From: a phage | DNA: 59,223 bases | Assembly (NCBI GenBank): GCA_025276375.1 | Contig: GCA_025276375.1_3645.1 | Reading direction: 5' to 3' (one strand) | Part shown: piece after piece, positions 39,555 to 48,903 of the stretch | Layout of the letters: each line of letters opens with the position of its first letter | Position numbering within the stretch: the stretch's first letter is position 1 | Translations under genes and position numbers: made by a program | The notes under the pieces: model-generated | Told to the model about the DNA's origin: nothing | Seen by the model: the letters and a program-made list of their open reading frames with translations, nothing else | The model's database searches: none

Positions 39555-40319
39555 TTGAAATTCATCTACAAAGAACACTACCACAAAGGTGTTGTGTGGA
39601 GTCTATTTGACGGGTCTGGTGGTGCAGTTATTGACTGGGCAAAAGCTGGGTACCTGTGCCTGTGCTTTAATGCAGAAGGTGCTGACCACGGCAGTTATGC
39701 AGAGGTGATAACCGATCATCCTAACATTCACTATGTGGATTATTGGATTGACCCATGGTTCCCTCAAGAAACTTTTTGCATGTATCCAGCTCCAGACTTT
39801 ATTCTTGCATTTCCTCCGTGCACGCATTTAGCGGTATCAGGAGCTGCACACTTTAAGAAAAAGCTGGCTAAGGACCCACTGATCCAAATTAATGCTGTAA
39901 AGGATGCTCGGGTTGCGGAAGAGTTGGGAGAGATTTACGATTGCCCGTGGCATGTAGAGAATCCTGTAGGTGTTATGTCCACACTGTGGCGCAAACCTGA
40001 TTACCGTTTTCATCCTTCTGACTATGGCGGGTATTTACCGGAGGATGATGTAAACCCCTGGTTTCCTGAATTTATAGCTCCACGTGATGCCTATCCAAAA
40101 ATAACTTGCGGCTGGATAGGTAATGGATTTATAATCCCGGCCACAAAACCTGTCCCGCAAATAGTTGACGCGGTTAGCGGGTATTCCATGCAACACGCCA
40201 AGCTGGGTGGAAAGAGTGCAAGAACAAAGATGATTCGAAGCCTCACACCACGTGGCTGGGCAAAAGCCGTATTCTTAGCAAACGAGCCTGTAGTAAGGAG
40301 CAGAATTAATGGGAAGTAA
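39555..40319 (+). CDS. putative DNA cytosine-5 methyltransferase-like protein (short)
   Basis: 'LFDGSGG' (motif I FxGxGG), 'FPPCTHLAVSG' (PC motif IV), 'HVENPVG' (ENV motif VI) in canonical order; TTG start after AGGAG; only 254 aa so target-recognition region is atypical. Confidence 0.4.
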   Translation: MKFIYKEHYHKGVVWSLFDGSGGAVIDWAKAGYLCLCFNAEGADHGSYAEVITDHPNIHYVDYWIDPWFPQETFCMYPAPDFILAFPPCTHLAVSGAAHFKKKLAKDPLIQINAVKDARVAEELGEIYDCPWHVENPVGVMSTLWRKPDYRFHPSDYGGYLPEDDVNPWFPEFIAPRDAYPKITCGWIGNGFIIPATKPVPQIVDAVSGYSMQHAKLGGKSARTKMIRSLTPRGWAKAVFLANEPVVRSRINGK

Positions 40320-42387
40320 ATTTATGGCATCTGCATACAACCGTTTCGGTGAGCCAAACCCGAAAGCAACTAAGTATAAAAGTGGGGGAAGTGTGAAACG
40401 AGACTATCGTGATGAAAAAGAGGTTGAAACTGTAGAGACTGTTTTAGAAAATACTAAAATCGTCCCTGTCCCACAACAAAATATCGGTCTGATGGCTGCA
40501 CAATATTTTGGTGTGCGATCAGCATTGTCCCAAGAAGACGGTGTGACAGTTACTGCAACATATTTCCCATATTACGACCGCTACGGGAATCTGTCAGGTT
40601 TCAAAAAGCGTGACTGGACGATCCCCAAAGAGCAACGTGGGCACTTTACGACGGTTGGGATCGTAAAGGCTAACTCCCAAATGTTTGGGCAAAAGCTGTG
40701 TGCATCTTCTAACAACCGTAAGCAGATTAACGTTTGTGAGGGAGAAGGCGATGTTATTGCAGCATGGCAGGCTGCATATCAGATACAAGTAAAAGGGATT
40801 CTCACCAACGCTAAAGCCCCGGCAAAGGTGAAACAGTGGGCTAAAGAGGTCCAGGACGGGATCGATGCAGTTATCAACGGGGGCGATCTGGCAGGAAAAC
40901 CCTGCCTGCCTTTTGTTGGAATTAACTGTGGATGTGCAAACGCAGTAGATACTTTTGCAAACAATGAGAAATTTATCCGTAGCTATGGAACAGTTGTGCT
41001 GGCAATGGATAACGATGCAGCTAACGAGGTAGAGAAGCAAAAACACGTCATTAAAGGTGTTGAGGCCACGCACAATATCGCAGCATTTTTGATGGCTGAT
41101 AACGTTTACCACGTGGAATATCCTGGCGAGGTAAACGACCCTGATGGTGTAAAAGATATCCGTGACATGCTGAAGGCTAAAAAGCTGGAAGATATTGTAA
41201 ACATGTTCCGGCATCCTGTTAAGTATGTGCCGGATGCTGTGTCGGATTTAGAAGACTTCTCTATCGAATCTTTGCGGAAAAAGACTTCCAACGGGGTAGA
41301 TATCAGCGCAGAGTTCCCAAAACTGCAAAAAATGCTGAAAGGCTTGCACAAAGGGACACTTGTAATGCTTACAGGTCCATCAGGAGGCGGTAAAACAACT
41401 GTAGCTAAAAAACTGGAACACTGTATTGCAAGATACCTAATGGACCCGACATGTCCAAAGGCTGATGATTACGAAGAGGATGATCGTCTATGCATGATTC
41501 ATCTTGAGGAGGACCCAGAGGAAGCAATTAACTCCTTGTATGCAAACCAGTTAGGGTTTGATGTTAAAGAGTTTGTTGAAGATCCTAGCCAGTTTTTAAC
41601 TGATCAAGAACACGCAGAGATTCACCAATCATGGGCAAAAGCTGGAAAAATCAAAGTGTTCAAACATTTCGGATCTATTCCGGTGGACGAGTTGATTACC
41701 AAGCTTAAGCAAATGGTTTGCCTGTACCATTGCCGTTATATTGTGCTGGATCACCTGTCCATGGTAATTTCAGGGCTTAATGTTAAGGATGAGCGAAAAG
41801 AGCTGGATATGGCTATGACTCAACTGGCTGCGTTTTGTAAGCAGTTTAACGTGTTTATCCTAGTGATCGCTCACCTCAAACGTACAGAGATTGTGCCTCC
41901 TAAGGACAAGGATGGTAACCCGTTACCTTTCTGGTATCCTGTGCGAAAAGAGAATTTGCGAGGATCGGCTGGGCTTGAACAGTTGAGTTGGGTAGTCATA
42001 GGTGTTGAGGCTGAAGAAATGGTAGATCGTTCTCGTGGTCGTGTCCGTTTAGTAGGTCTTAAAAACCGTCCAGCAAAAACATTGGGTATTGCGGATACTT
42101 TGGTTATGGACCCACATACAGGTAAGTTCCATGATGCCAGTAATTGGTACTGGGACAAAGAAATGCAGATGTTTACAGACGGAGAAGGTGGGGAGGTTGT
42201 TTGGAGACCTCAGGCCATGTTTGAGGACCAAGAGCATGCAGTTGTAGAAACACCTATGGGCAAGGTTGTAGCTGATAAGGTTGTAACTCCTACTATTAAG
42301 CCTGTTGACACGCAGGAAGACCTCCAGTACGATGATCCATCTTCTGATCCGGTCCCCGGTTTTGAAGATGATGAAACACCTTTTTAA
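40309..42387 (+). CDS. DNA primase-helicase (T7 gp4-like: TOPRIM plus DnaB-family helicase)
   Basis: TOPRIM 'VCEGEGD' and 'LAMDNDAANE'; helicase Walker A 'GPSGGGKTT', Walker B 'YIVLDHLS'. Confidence 0.8.
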   Translation: MGSKFMASAYNRFGEPNPKATKYKSGGSVKRDYRDEKEVETVETVLENTKIVPVPQQNIGLMAAQYFGVRSALSQEDGVTVTATYFPYYDRYGNLSGFKKRDWTIPKEQRGHFTTVGIVKANSQMFGQKLCASSNNRKQINVCEGEGDVIAAWQAAYQIQVKGILTNAKAPAKVKQWAKEVQDGIDAVINGGDLAGKPCLPFVGINCGCANAVDTFANNEKFIRSYGTVVLAMDNDAANEVEKQKHVIKGVEATHNIAAFLMADNVYHVEYPGEVNDPDGVKDIRDMLKAKKLEDIVNMFRHPVKYVPDAVSDLEDFSIESLRKKTSNGVDISAEFPKLQKMLKGLHKGTLVMLTGPSGGGKTTVAKKLEHCIARYLMDPTCPKADDYEEDDRLCMIHLEEDPEEAINSLYANQLGFDVKEFVEDPSQFLTDQEHAEIHQSWAKAGKIKVFKHFGSIPVDELITKLKQMVCLYHCRYIVLDHLSMVISGLNVKDERKELDMAMTQLAAFCKQFNVFILVIAHLKRTEIVPPKDKDGNPLPFWYPVRKENLRGSAGLEQLSWVVIGVEAEEMVDRSRGRVRLVGLKNRPAKTLGIADTLVMDPHTGKFHDASNWYWDKEMQMFTDGEGGEVVWRPQAMFEDQEHAVVETPMGKVVADKVVTPTIKPVDTQEDLQYDDPSSDPVPGFEDDETPF

Positions 42388-42445
42388 TGTTTAACAAAGA
42401 GTGGGAGGGGTAGTACAACCGCCTCCCCTTTAAGGAGAACACTTT

Positions 42446-44875
42446 ATGAGCATGTATAGCTTCGATTTTGAGGCCTCCGGGCTTTTGGAAGACCCAGATC
42501 TTTATTATCACTGCGGCCTGTTTAAAGAGCTGAATAAGAACCGTTTTATGCTGTTCCTCCCTCTAAATGACCGCACACACTACTCCGAGGAGGATATAGA
42601 GAAGGCTAAGAACTTTATTCTGGCAAAGAAAGCTCTTTATAAAGATTTTGAAGTTCGCATAGCAGATTTTTCGGAGTTGGAAGGTTGGCTTACAGGCAAT
42701 TCCGACTGGTCACCAACAGCTTTGAACTGCCATAACTGCTATAGTTATGACTTTATGCTGATGGAGAGATTATCCGGTATTCATTTTGATATGTTCCGTG
42801 ATCCTAAATGTATGGGGACTATCAACGACCACCAGGTTAACCTGTTTGATACGTTGGCGATGAGCCGAATCTTGTGGCCTGATCGCCCTTTACCAAAAGG
42901 TTGTCCGGACGCTGTATTCAACCCGGTTACTAAGAAAATGCAGCCTGTTGGTCCTCACGGCCTTATGGCATGGGGCTACGCCCTTGGTAACCAGAAAGTT
43001 CAAATTGATGACTGGCGCGATCTTCCGTTATGGAAGTATGTGGATCGTGTATTTGAGGACGTTATCATCCAGGAGCTGCTCTGGAAAGAGCTGGTAGCGG
43101 AATCAAAAGGTGTATTCTACGGCAAATCTGACATGCAGAACTTTATGTACGATCCTGCCAAAGAGAAGCCGAAAGGGTTCAAGAAGATTACCTGGAAGAA
43201 TGCATTACGCCGAGGCATGCTGCAGCATTTCCTGATGGAGCTGCAGGCTCGACAGGGTGTGTATTTCGACATAGATGGGGCTATTGCTTTACGTGACCGC
43301 TGCGATGCGTGGATGAAAGAGATCGCTGATCGTGTTGAACCACAACTTCCTTTAAAAGAGTTATCAATGTCTCAGCGGCCTAAGTTCCCTGAAAAGCCGT
43401 TTAACCAGGATGGGACAATCTCCAATAATGGTTGGAAATGGTTAAAAGACAAGCTTGGCTATCCTGTGGACATGAGCGCTTTAGAGTTCAAAGCTCCTCC
43501 TAAGCGAGCATTTACCTCCACAGGGGATGTCAGCAAAATGGGGATAAAATGGTGTGAAGAGATGGGCTGCAAAGACCCCGATAAGATGGCTGATTTCTTA
43601 AGGGGGTATATTAAAGGGACCTCTACACCACATCCTTTACCTAAAGAGCTAATGGATCAGGCAATAAGTGATCTACAGCAGAAGCGGATGCCTGACTGCA
43701 AGATACCTATGAAGATCAGCAACCAGGACGATATTAAGAGATACCTGATCAGTGCTGGTTGGCTCCCAACAATGTGGAGAACTAAGGATGTAACTAAAGA
43801 CAGCAAGAAGAAAGCTCTACCTGATGCAGATGTTGATGCACGAGTATATGCATATATGGACGAGCTTTTAGAGTCAGAGTATTGTGACCTGATTATCAAC
43901 TTCTGGAACAAAACTGATGCTAAGTTCCAGACAACCGTGCACAAGTTCCGAAGCTTTCCTAACTCCGAAAGGATTAAAAAGGAAGTATTCGGGAAAATAC
44001 GTAGAAAAGCCAGGGCACTTATTACTTCTCCGCAACTGAAAGATACGTTTGGACACCTATGTCCGAATCTTGAAAAATTGAACGGAGAGATGGCTAAAGA
44101 TATCGTCTTGTGGTTATCATTGCGAAACCGCAGATCGGTCCTTGATCCAATTAAGGAGGATAAGGTTGATACTGGTCTTCTTAATCACCCACGTTTGAAG
44201 ATTGACCATAAGCTTCCTGCTAAAAGCTCTGGATTAACAAACACTTCCAGACAGAAACACAGTATTTGTGCAAACATGCCTAAACCATCTCCTAAAGTGG
44301 TTATGGGTAAAGAGATGCGTAGTCTGTGGGGTGTTCCTCCAGGATACTTTGAGATCGGTATTGACGGGTCCAACTTAGAGCAGCTTATCGGGGCTTGGGG
44401 TGCCTTTGAGTTCGACAACGGCTTGTATTATGATGTTGTAAGTAACGGGGACGCACACCAAAACAATGCTGAGGCATATACAAAAGTAGCAGGCAGAGAG
44501 GTGTCTCGTAACGACGGTAAACCTATCACGTATGGGGTTATGTACGGGGCACAAAAAGATAAAGTTGCAGATATGCTGGACATCTCTCCAGAGTTGGGAC
44601 AAAGGGTAATCGATGCACTTTGGGATGCCAACCCTGGTCTTAAGGGGCGTAAAGAGGATCTGGAGAAATTCTGGGAAGCAACGGGTAAGAAGTTTATCTA
44701 CTCTTTTGATGGTCATGCCATCTGGACCCGATCTAAACACTCTTTACTTAATGCATACCAACAGAATGGTGGTGCATCGCTGTGTGACTTAGTTGGGATA
44801 CTCATGCACCACCAAATGGTGAAGCGTGGGTGGTACGATGAAGGTGTTCGTCGTATTATTTATTACCATAAATAA
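42446..44875 (+). CDS. family A DNA polymerase, exon 1 ORF (conserved sequence ends at about 44809-44812)
   Basis: exo motif 'FDFEASG', motif A 'DGSNLEQ', motif B 'RNDGKPITYGVMYG'; last 21-22 codons look like intron read-through. Confidence 0.8.
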   Translation: MSMYSFDFEASGLLEDPDLYYHCGLFKELNKNRFMLFLPLNDRTHYSEEDIEKAKNFILAKKALYKDFEVRIADFSELEGWLTGNSDWSPTALNCHNCYSYDFMLMERLSGIHFDMFRDPKCMGTINDHQVNLFDTLAMSRILWPDRPLPKGCPDAVFNPVTKKMQPVGPHGLMAWGYALGNQKVQIDDWRDLPLWKYVDRVFEDVIIQELLWKELVAESKGVFYGKSDMQNFMYDPAKEKPKGFKKITWKNALRRGMLQHFLMELQARQGVYFDIDGAIALRDRCDAWMKEIADRVEPQLPLKELSMSQRPKFPEKPFNQDGTISNNGWKWLKDKLGYPVDMSALEFKAPPKRAFTSTGDVSKMGIKWCEEMGCKDPDKMADFLRGYIKGTSTPHPLPKELMDQAISDLQQKRMPDCKIPMKISNQDDIKRYLISAGWLPTMWRTKDVTKDSKKKALPDADVDARVYAYMDELLESEYCDLIINFWNKTDAKFQTTVHKFRSFPNSERIKKEVFGKIRRKARALITSPQLKDTFGHLCPNLEKLNGEMAKDIVLWLSLRNRRSVLDPIKEDKVDTGLLNHPRLKIDHKLPAKSSGLTNTSRQKHSICANMPKPSPKVVMGKEMRSLWGVPPGYFEIGIDGSNLEQLIGAWGAFEFDNGLYYDVVSNGDAHQNNAEAYTKVAGREVSRNDGKPITYGVMYGAQKDKVADMLDISPELGQRVIDALWDANPGLKGRKEDLEKFWEATGKKFIYSFDGHAIWTRSKHSLLNAYQQNGGASLCDLVGILMHHQMVKRGWYDEGVRRIIYYHK

Positions 44876-45712
44876 CATTGTGGCTTCATAGAGTGATCTA
44901 TGTCGAATAACCTCTTTAATTGACGGGAAAGCTAAGTTGACTTTTACACCTGAGTATGGTAAAAGCTCAATATGCTAATCCGCAGCGAAGACTAAAGGGG
45001 TGTAGTTAAAATGGCTAGAACAGCTGATTATCACGGGTATACCGTGTTTGATGATGGAACAATACCTTTATCGAAACGTGATCATACAACAATGTTTTGT
45101 TTTGATAATGGTAGAGGTTACCTTTGCGTAACCATGCTAATCGAGGGGAAGCAGTGCACAAAAGGTGTCCACCACCTGGTTGCTGAATGCTTTGTATCAA
45201 ACCCAGATCCTGAAAGGCTCACATGGGTGAACCATAAGGATGGGAATAAGTACAACAATGCATACTGGAACCTGGAATGGACCACCCCTGGTGGAAATAT
45301 CAAGCACGCCTATGATAATGACCTCAGAGTAAGGCCAGTTGGTGAGTATAATGCCAACGCTGTGCTGACAGAAGATGAGGTAATAGAGATTTGCGAACTG
45401 TTGCAGAGTGGTCTACGACAATGCGAGATTAGGGATCTTGGATATCCTTATGAGACCGTCAGGGCTATAAAGCAAAGAAGACAGTGGAAACATATCTCTA
45501 AAAACTACACCTGGTAGTAACGTTCAGAGACTATCGAAAGCATAGCTCCAACACAGGTTGGTGTGAAGAAGCGAGTAGAGTAGGCCAGCAAGTGCGGTCG
45601 AAATGGGAGGTGCCTTGGTAACAAGGCAGTGAGGTAGTCCGATCCATACAGGAAACTGTATGGCTATGCACGTAATGGTGCGGGGTAGCTTAACGACCTA
45701 CCTGAACAGATG
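44810..45712 (+). mobile_element. putative group I intron carrying an HNH homing endonuclease ORF, inserted in DNA polymerase motif C
   Basis: joining 44809 to 45713 restores '...GILMH|DEYQLQV...' (motif C HDE); intron ends in G (45712); no SD before exon 2; GC-rich structured 3' region with 'CAGAGACTATCG' (P7-like). Confidence 0.55.
45011..45517 (+). CDS. HNH homing endonuclease (I-HmuI-like)
   Basis: 'VHHLVAECFVSNPDPERLTWVNHKDGNKYNNAYWNLEWTT' HNH core; AAAGGGG SD. Confidence 0.75.
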   Translation: MARTADYHGYTVFDDGTIPLSKRDHTTMFCFDNGRGYLCVTMLIEGKQCTKGVHHLVAECFVSNPDPERLTWVNHKDGNKYNNAYWNLEWTTPGGNIKHAYDNDLRVRPVGEYNANAVLTEDEVIEICELLQSGLRQCEIRDLGYPYETVRAIKQRRQWKHISKNYTW

Positions 45713-46066
45713 GATGAGTACCAACTTCAGGTTCCTGACACGCCTAAGTATAAGACTGTGTACACCTTCGACACAATTGAAGAATTGGAAGCATTTAAGG
45801 CAGAGCAGGAGGCCAAACTTCATGTGTTCGACGGTCATAAGTACAAAAAGGCACGCAAGGATGAAAACGGAAACGAAGTGGTTGACAGAGACGGAAACAC
45901 GGTGTACGATCCTATCTTGAACGATGACGGAAAGCTTGAACTTATCTGGAGCCCTGTGGGTGAAATGGTGGTGCATTGCTTCTGGCAAGCTTCTAAAATG
46001 ATGGGAGTCCCGTTCCAGATCACAGGTGAATACTTGTGTGGTCGTAACTGGGGTGATTGTCACTAA
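45710..46066 (+). CDS. family A DNA polymerase, exon 2 (C-terminal segment; coding probably begins at 45713)
   Basis: begins 'DEYQLQV' and ends 'GRNWGDCH', matching the Pol A C-terminal '...NW...H' end (T7 gp5, Klenow). Confidence 0.6.
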   Translation: MDEYQLQVPDTPKYKTVYTFDTIEELEAFKAEQEAKLHVFDGHKYKKARKDENGNEVVDRDGNTVYDPILNDDGKLELIWSPVGEMVVHCFWQASKMMGVPFQITGEYLCGRNWGDCH

Positions 46067-46115
46067 TGTAAACTATCAGCACAGGGAGGTGCTGTTAAGC
46101 AAAGAGGAGACTTTT

Positions 46116-46400
46116 ATGGTAGTAGAACCAACAAAAACATTTACATCAATGACTATTCCTGTTATTATGCAGGTGGAATGTGTTCAGGTATCTCAAGTGT
46201 GGCCTGGAACCAAAATCCCAACAGGACCTGATTTCTTTCAGGTTGGGAAAGTGTACAATGTCTGGAAGGCACCAGATTGTTACCCTTTCATTAAAGATGA
46301 CCGTGGGATGCTGTGGTATCTTGGAAATGACTTGACACTGCACCTTGGGAATGCTATTATTGCAGTATTCAGACTTAACAAGAAGGAGACCGATCAATGA
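46116..46400 (+). CDS. hypothetical protein (94 aa)
   Basis: ATG 46116 after AAAGAGGAG; ORF-track start 46026 overlaps Pol exon 2. Confidence 0.45.
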   Translation: MVVEPTKTFTSMTIPVIMQVECVQVSQVWPGTKIPTGPDFFQVGKVYNVWKAPDCYPFIKDDRGMLWYLGNDLTLHLGNAIIAVFRLNKKETDQ

Positions 46401-46624
46401 CGACTTTGGTTAAAGCTACCTTTGTAGAAGAAAAGATGACAGACCTGTCATTCTTTAAAGAAGGAAAGACCTACGAGGTTTATTACGATAAAGCTCGTGC
46501 AAACAAAATGATTAAAGACGAGGAAGGGGTTGCCTGGTATATCTCTCACCTGGCAAACGGTGAGTATCATATCTACGGAACCACTTTGCTTGCCAAGTTT
46601 GTAGTTGTTGAAGAGGACCTATGA
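46397..46624 (+). CDS. hypothetical small protein (75 aa)
   Basis: AAGGAG SD. Confidence 0.45.
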   Translation: MTTLVKATFVEEKMTDLSFFKEGKTYEVYYDKARANKMIKDEEGVAWYISHLANGEYHIYGTTLLAKFVVVEEDL

Positions 46625-46815
46625 AAGTAAAGTATCTGGCTGATGGTATGAGTAGGTATTTCACCCTTGGTGAAGAATATTGGCCCTTTACAAGCAACGG
46701 CGATGTCTACGTGAAAGATAATTTCGGCACGCCGTGGTTTCTGCACTCTAATGGGCTGGGATACTCCATTTACTGCGGTGCAGTGAACAACACAACCCTT
46801 GCAGAGTTCGTTTAG
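46621..46815 (+). CDS. hypothetical small protein (64 aa)
   Basis: ATG with GAAGAGGA SD. Confidence 0.4.
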   Translation: MKVKYLADGMSRYFTLGEEYWPFTSNGDVYVKDNFGTPWFLHSNGLGYSIYCGAVNNTTLAEFV

Positions 46816-46825
46816 AGGAGGTAGG

Positions 46826-47197
46826 ATGTTAGTAAAAGGTACCCACACAGTCAAACAACGTATTGAAGTTGAGATTGATGATTGTGAGCTGAAGCATATT
46901 CTACGGTCATGTTCTAACGTTTTGCTCCTTAGTATTCTCCAAGAGCGAGCGGAGAACGAGTTCTTAAATGCATTGGCAGGCCGTCCCGGTGACTTCTGTG
47001 TGCGTAAGCGTGGTGACAACAAGTCATGGCTGTGGGAAATCGATGCCGACTGGGATTACCACAAAAATGAGGGTATAGATGAGCCTATTCGTGAACTGAC
47101 GGACAAAGAGATTCAGATGTACAATGAAGTTTGTCATTGGGCAACACGCCAACAAATTTACCTCGACCCTGTGTGGCTGATTGAAAATAGCCATTGA
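46826..47197 (+). CDS. hypothetical protein (123 aa)
   Basis: ATG 46826 after GAGGAGG. Confidence 0.45.
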   Translation: MLVKGTHTVKQRIEVEIDDCELKHILRSCSNVLLLSILQERAENEFLNALAGRPGDFCVRKRGDNKSWLWEIDADWDYHKNEGIDEPIRELTDKEIQMYNEVCHWATRQQIYLDPVWLIENSH

Positions 47198-47273
47198 CAA
47201 GAAGTAAGATTAGATATAAGATGCTTCACACAAACAGATCGGTGATTTTTAAATAACTAAGGGGACTGCCAAG

Positions 47274-47528
47274 ATGAAAATTACTTTGAAGCCAGAATGC
47301 GTTGCAAATGACCGAGCTTTTAAAGATTGCACAGTAGGTGCAATTTATGAAGCAGAGTTTTGTGAGAACCCTCTGGTAAAAGCCCTTCTGGAAGAAGGGG
47401 CCCCTTTATCACAAGAAGAGATTGATGAGCTGGAAAACTCAGCACAGTGCCTTACCTTTAAAGATGATGAAGGAGACTCTGTCTGGTGCACTGTTAATGA
47501 AGTAGTTTTTGTAAAACCTGAACATTAA
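47274..47528 (+). CDS. hypothetical small protein, paralog family member
   Basis: AAGGGGA SD; shares 'FKDCT...DDEGDSVWCT' pattern with 47592-47864. Confidence 0.45.
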   Translation: MKITLKPECVANDRAFKDCTVGAIYEAEFCENPLVKALLEEGAPLSQEEIDELENSAQCLTFKDDEGDSVWCTVNEVVFVKPEH

Positions 47529-47531
47529 TAC

Positions 47532-47560
47532 TTGACAACAGTGATAGGGCCTAATATAAT
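47532..47560 (+). promoter_or_regulatory. consensus sigma70 promoter TTGACA-N17-TATAAT with -10 inside a perfect 8-bp inverted repeat
   Basis: -35 at 47532-47537, -10 at 47555-47560; inverted repeat ATAGGGCC (47544-47551) / GGCCCTAT (47561-47568). Confidence 0.65.
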
Positions 47561-47591
47561 GGCCCTATCAAAACGAAAGGGGACCACAGCA

Positions 47592-47864
47592 ATGACCAAA
47601 CAATATCAACGAATTAAAGCCAAGGTTAAGCCAGACTATCTGGAAATGGACTCTGCTTTTCGGGACTGCACGGCTGACAAAGTTTACACAGGGGCCGTCC
47701 TGTTGAACGATGAATTTAAAGTAGATGTTCTGGGTAAAGAGGCCACTATTAAGGACGACCAAGGCGATTATGTTTGCTGCACCACACGCGAGCTAGAAAT
47801 CTTAGAATACTTCGGTGAAATCTTCACCTCTCTTGATGATTACTTAGATGATGAGGCAGAGTGA
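47592..47864 (+). CDS. hypothetical small protein, paralog of 47274-47528
   Basis: ATG 47592 after AAAGGGGA; 'FRDCTADKVY...DDQGDYVCCT'. Confidence 0.45.
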   Translation: MTKQYQRIKAKVKPDYLEMDSAFRDCTADKVYTGAVLLNDEFKVDVLGKEATIKDDQGDYVCCTTRELEILEYFGEIFTSLDDYLDDEAE

Positions 47865-48265
47865 TGAAAAACATTTGGGATATCAATATCTTTGAAGCCT
47901 CTGAGCTTGACGGTGCCGATGGGGTTATTATAGTTTCTGATGGAAAGGCAACACTGACCTCTGGACTGACCTATGAGGACACTACCTACGCATTGGGCGA
48001 TCTTGCCTTGTTGAAATCAACAGGCGACTCTCTGGAAGAACGTCTGCAAGGATTTGCCTTTAAAGAAGGCACAAACACCACACTGATGTGCACTACACGC
48101 ACTGTTCAGTTGGGCAACGGGGTATATATGGTCATTGCAGTGTGCCCCAAATTCAGCAACATTAATAAAGATGATGCTGACGCTGTCAACGACGTGGTTG
48201 TCCTATTCGTGGGTGACGCTATGGCAGATCTGATGAATGCAGGAGAAGCAGCAAATGAAGACTGA
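47861..48265 (+). CDS. hypothetical protein (134 aa)
   Basis: ATG overlapping upstream stop. Confidence 0.4.
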   Translation: MMKNIWDINIFEASELDGADGVIIVSDGKATLTSGLTYEDTTYALGDLALLKSTGDSLEERLQGFAFKEGTNTTLMCTTRTVQLGNGVYMVIAVCPKFSNINKDDADAVNDVVVLFVGDAMADLMNAGEAANED

Positions 48266-48557
48266 AAACATTACACCAGAAGGATTCCTGAAAGTATACC
48301 GTGAACTATTGTATACCACAGAGGATAGTGTTCTAGAGTACCCAGAATATCTTTTGCTGTATAAGTATCTGCAGGAAGCTGGTGAAAATCTTCCAATTAG
48401 CGCAGAAGGTGGTCCAAACTGGGTCTACAGTGCATGGAGAAAGGTTGACATTCTCCCAGATCCCGGTAAAGATATGGTAGTTTGGCAGCTTATCAACAAC
48501 ATCGGGATTCCAATCTTTGATGAAGCTGTTAAAATCTATTTTGAACTTGACGATTAA
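48255..48557 (+). CDS. hypothetical protein (100 aa)
   Basis: ATG 48255 after AGGAG at 8 nt. Confidence 0.4.
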   Translation: MKTENITPEGFLKVYRELLYTTEDSVLEYPEYLLLYKYLQEAGENLPISAEGGPNWVYSAWRKVDILPDPGKDMVVWQLINNIGIPIFDEAVKIYFELDD

Positions 48558-48574
48558 TATCAGGAGACCTTAAG

Positions 48575-48820
48575 ATGACTGAAGTAGTTGCTCGCGCAGG
48601 ACAGAAAGTACGTTGTGTTGAAGTAGGTTTTGGTGGCAAAGGGTGTCAAAACTTGACTCAAGGTAAGGAATACGCTGTTATCTCTGGTGGTGGCGACGAA
48701 AGTATTGTGTTCGAGGGCCACACCCTGGATGCTGAAAACTTTGAAATCTTTGACGACGATGGGGATCCGATCACCTGCCTGCTGGACGGGAATTGGGGAA
48801 CTTTCGAAGTGATTGGCTAA
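48575..48820 (+). CDS. hypothetical small protein (81 aa)
   Basis: AGGAG SD. Confidence 0.45.
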   Translation: MTEVVARAGQKVRCVEVGFGGKGCQNLTQGKEYAVISGGGDESIVFEGHTLDAENFEIFDDDGDPITCLLDGNWGTFEVIG

Positions 48821-48903
48821 CAAATACCTATTGTAATTTACAGAAGGGGATGCTAAAATAGTGTCTCCTTCTATGTTGTTCAAATAAAATCGGAGATTCC
48901 ATA

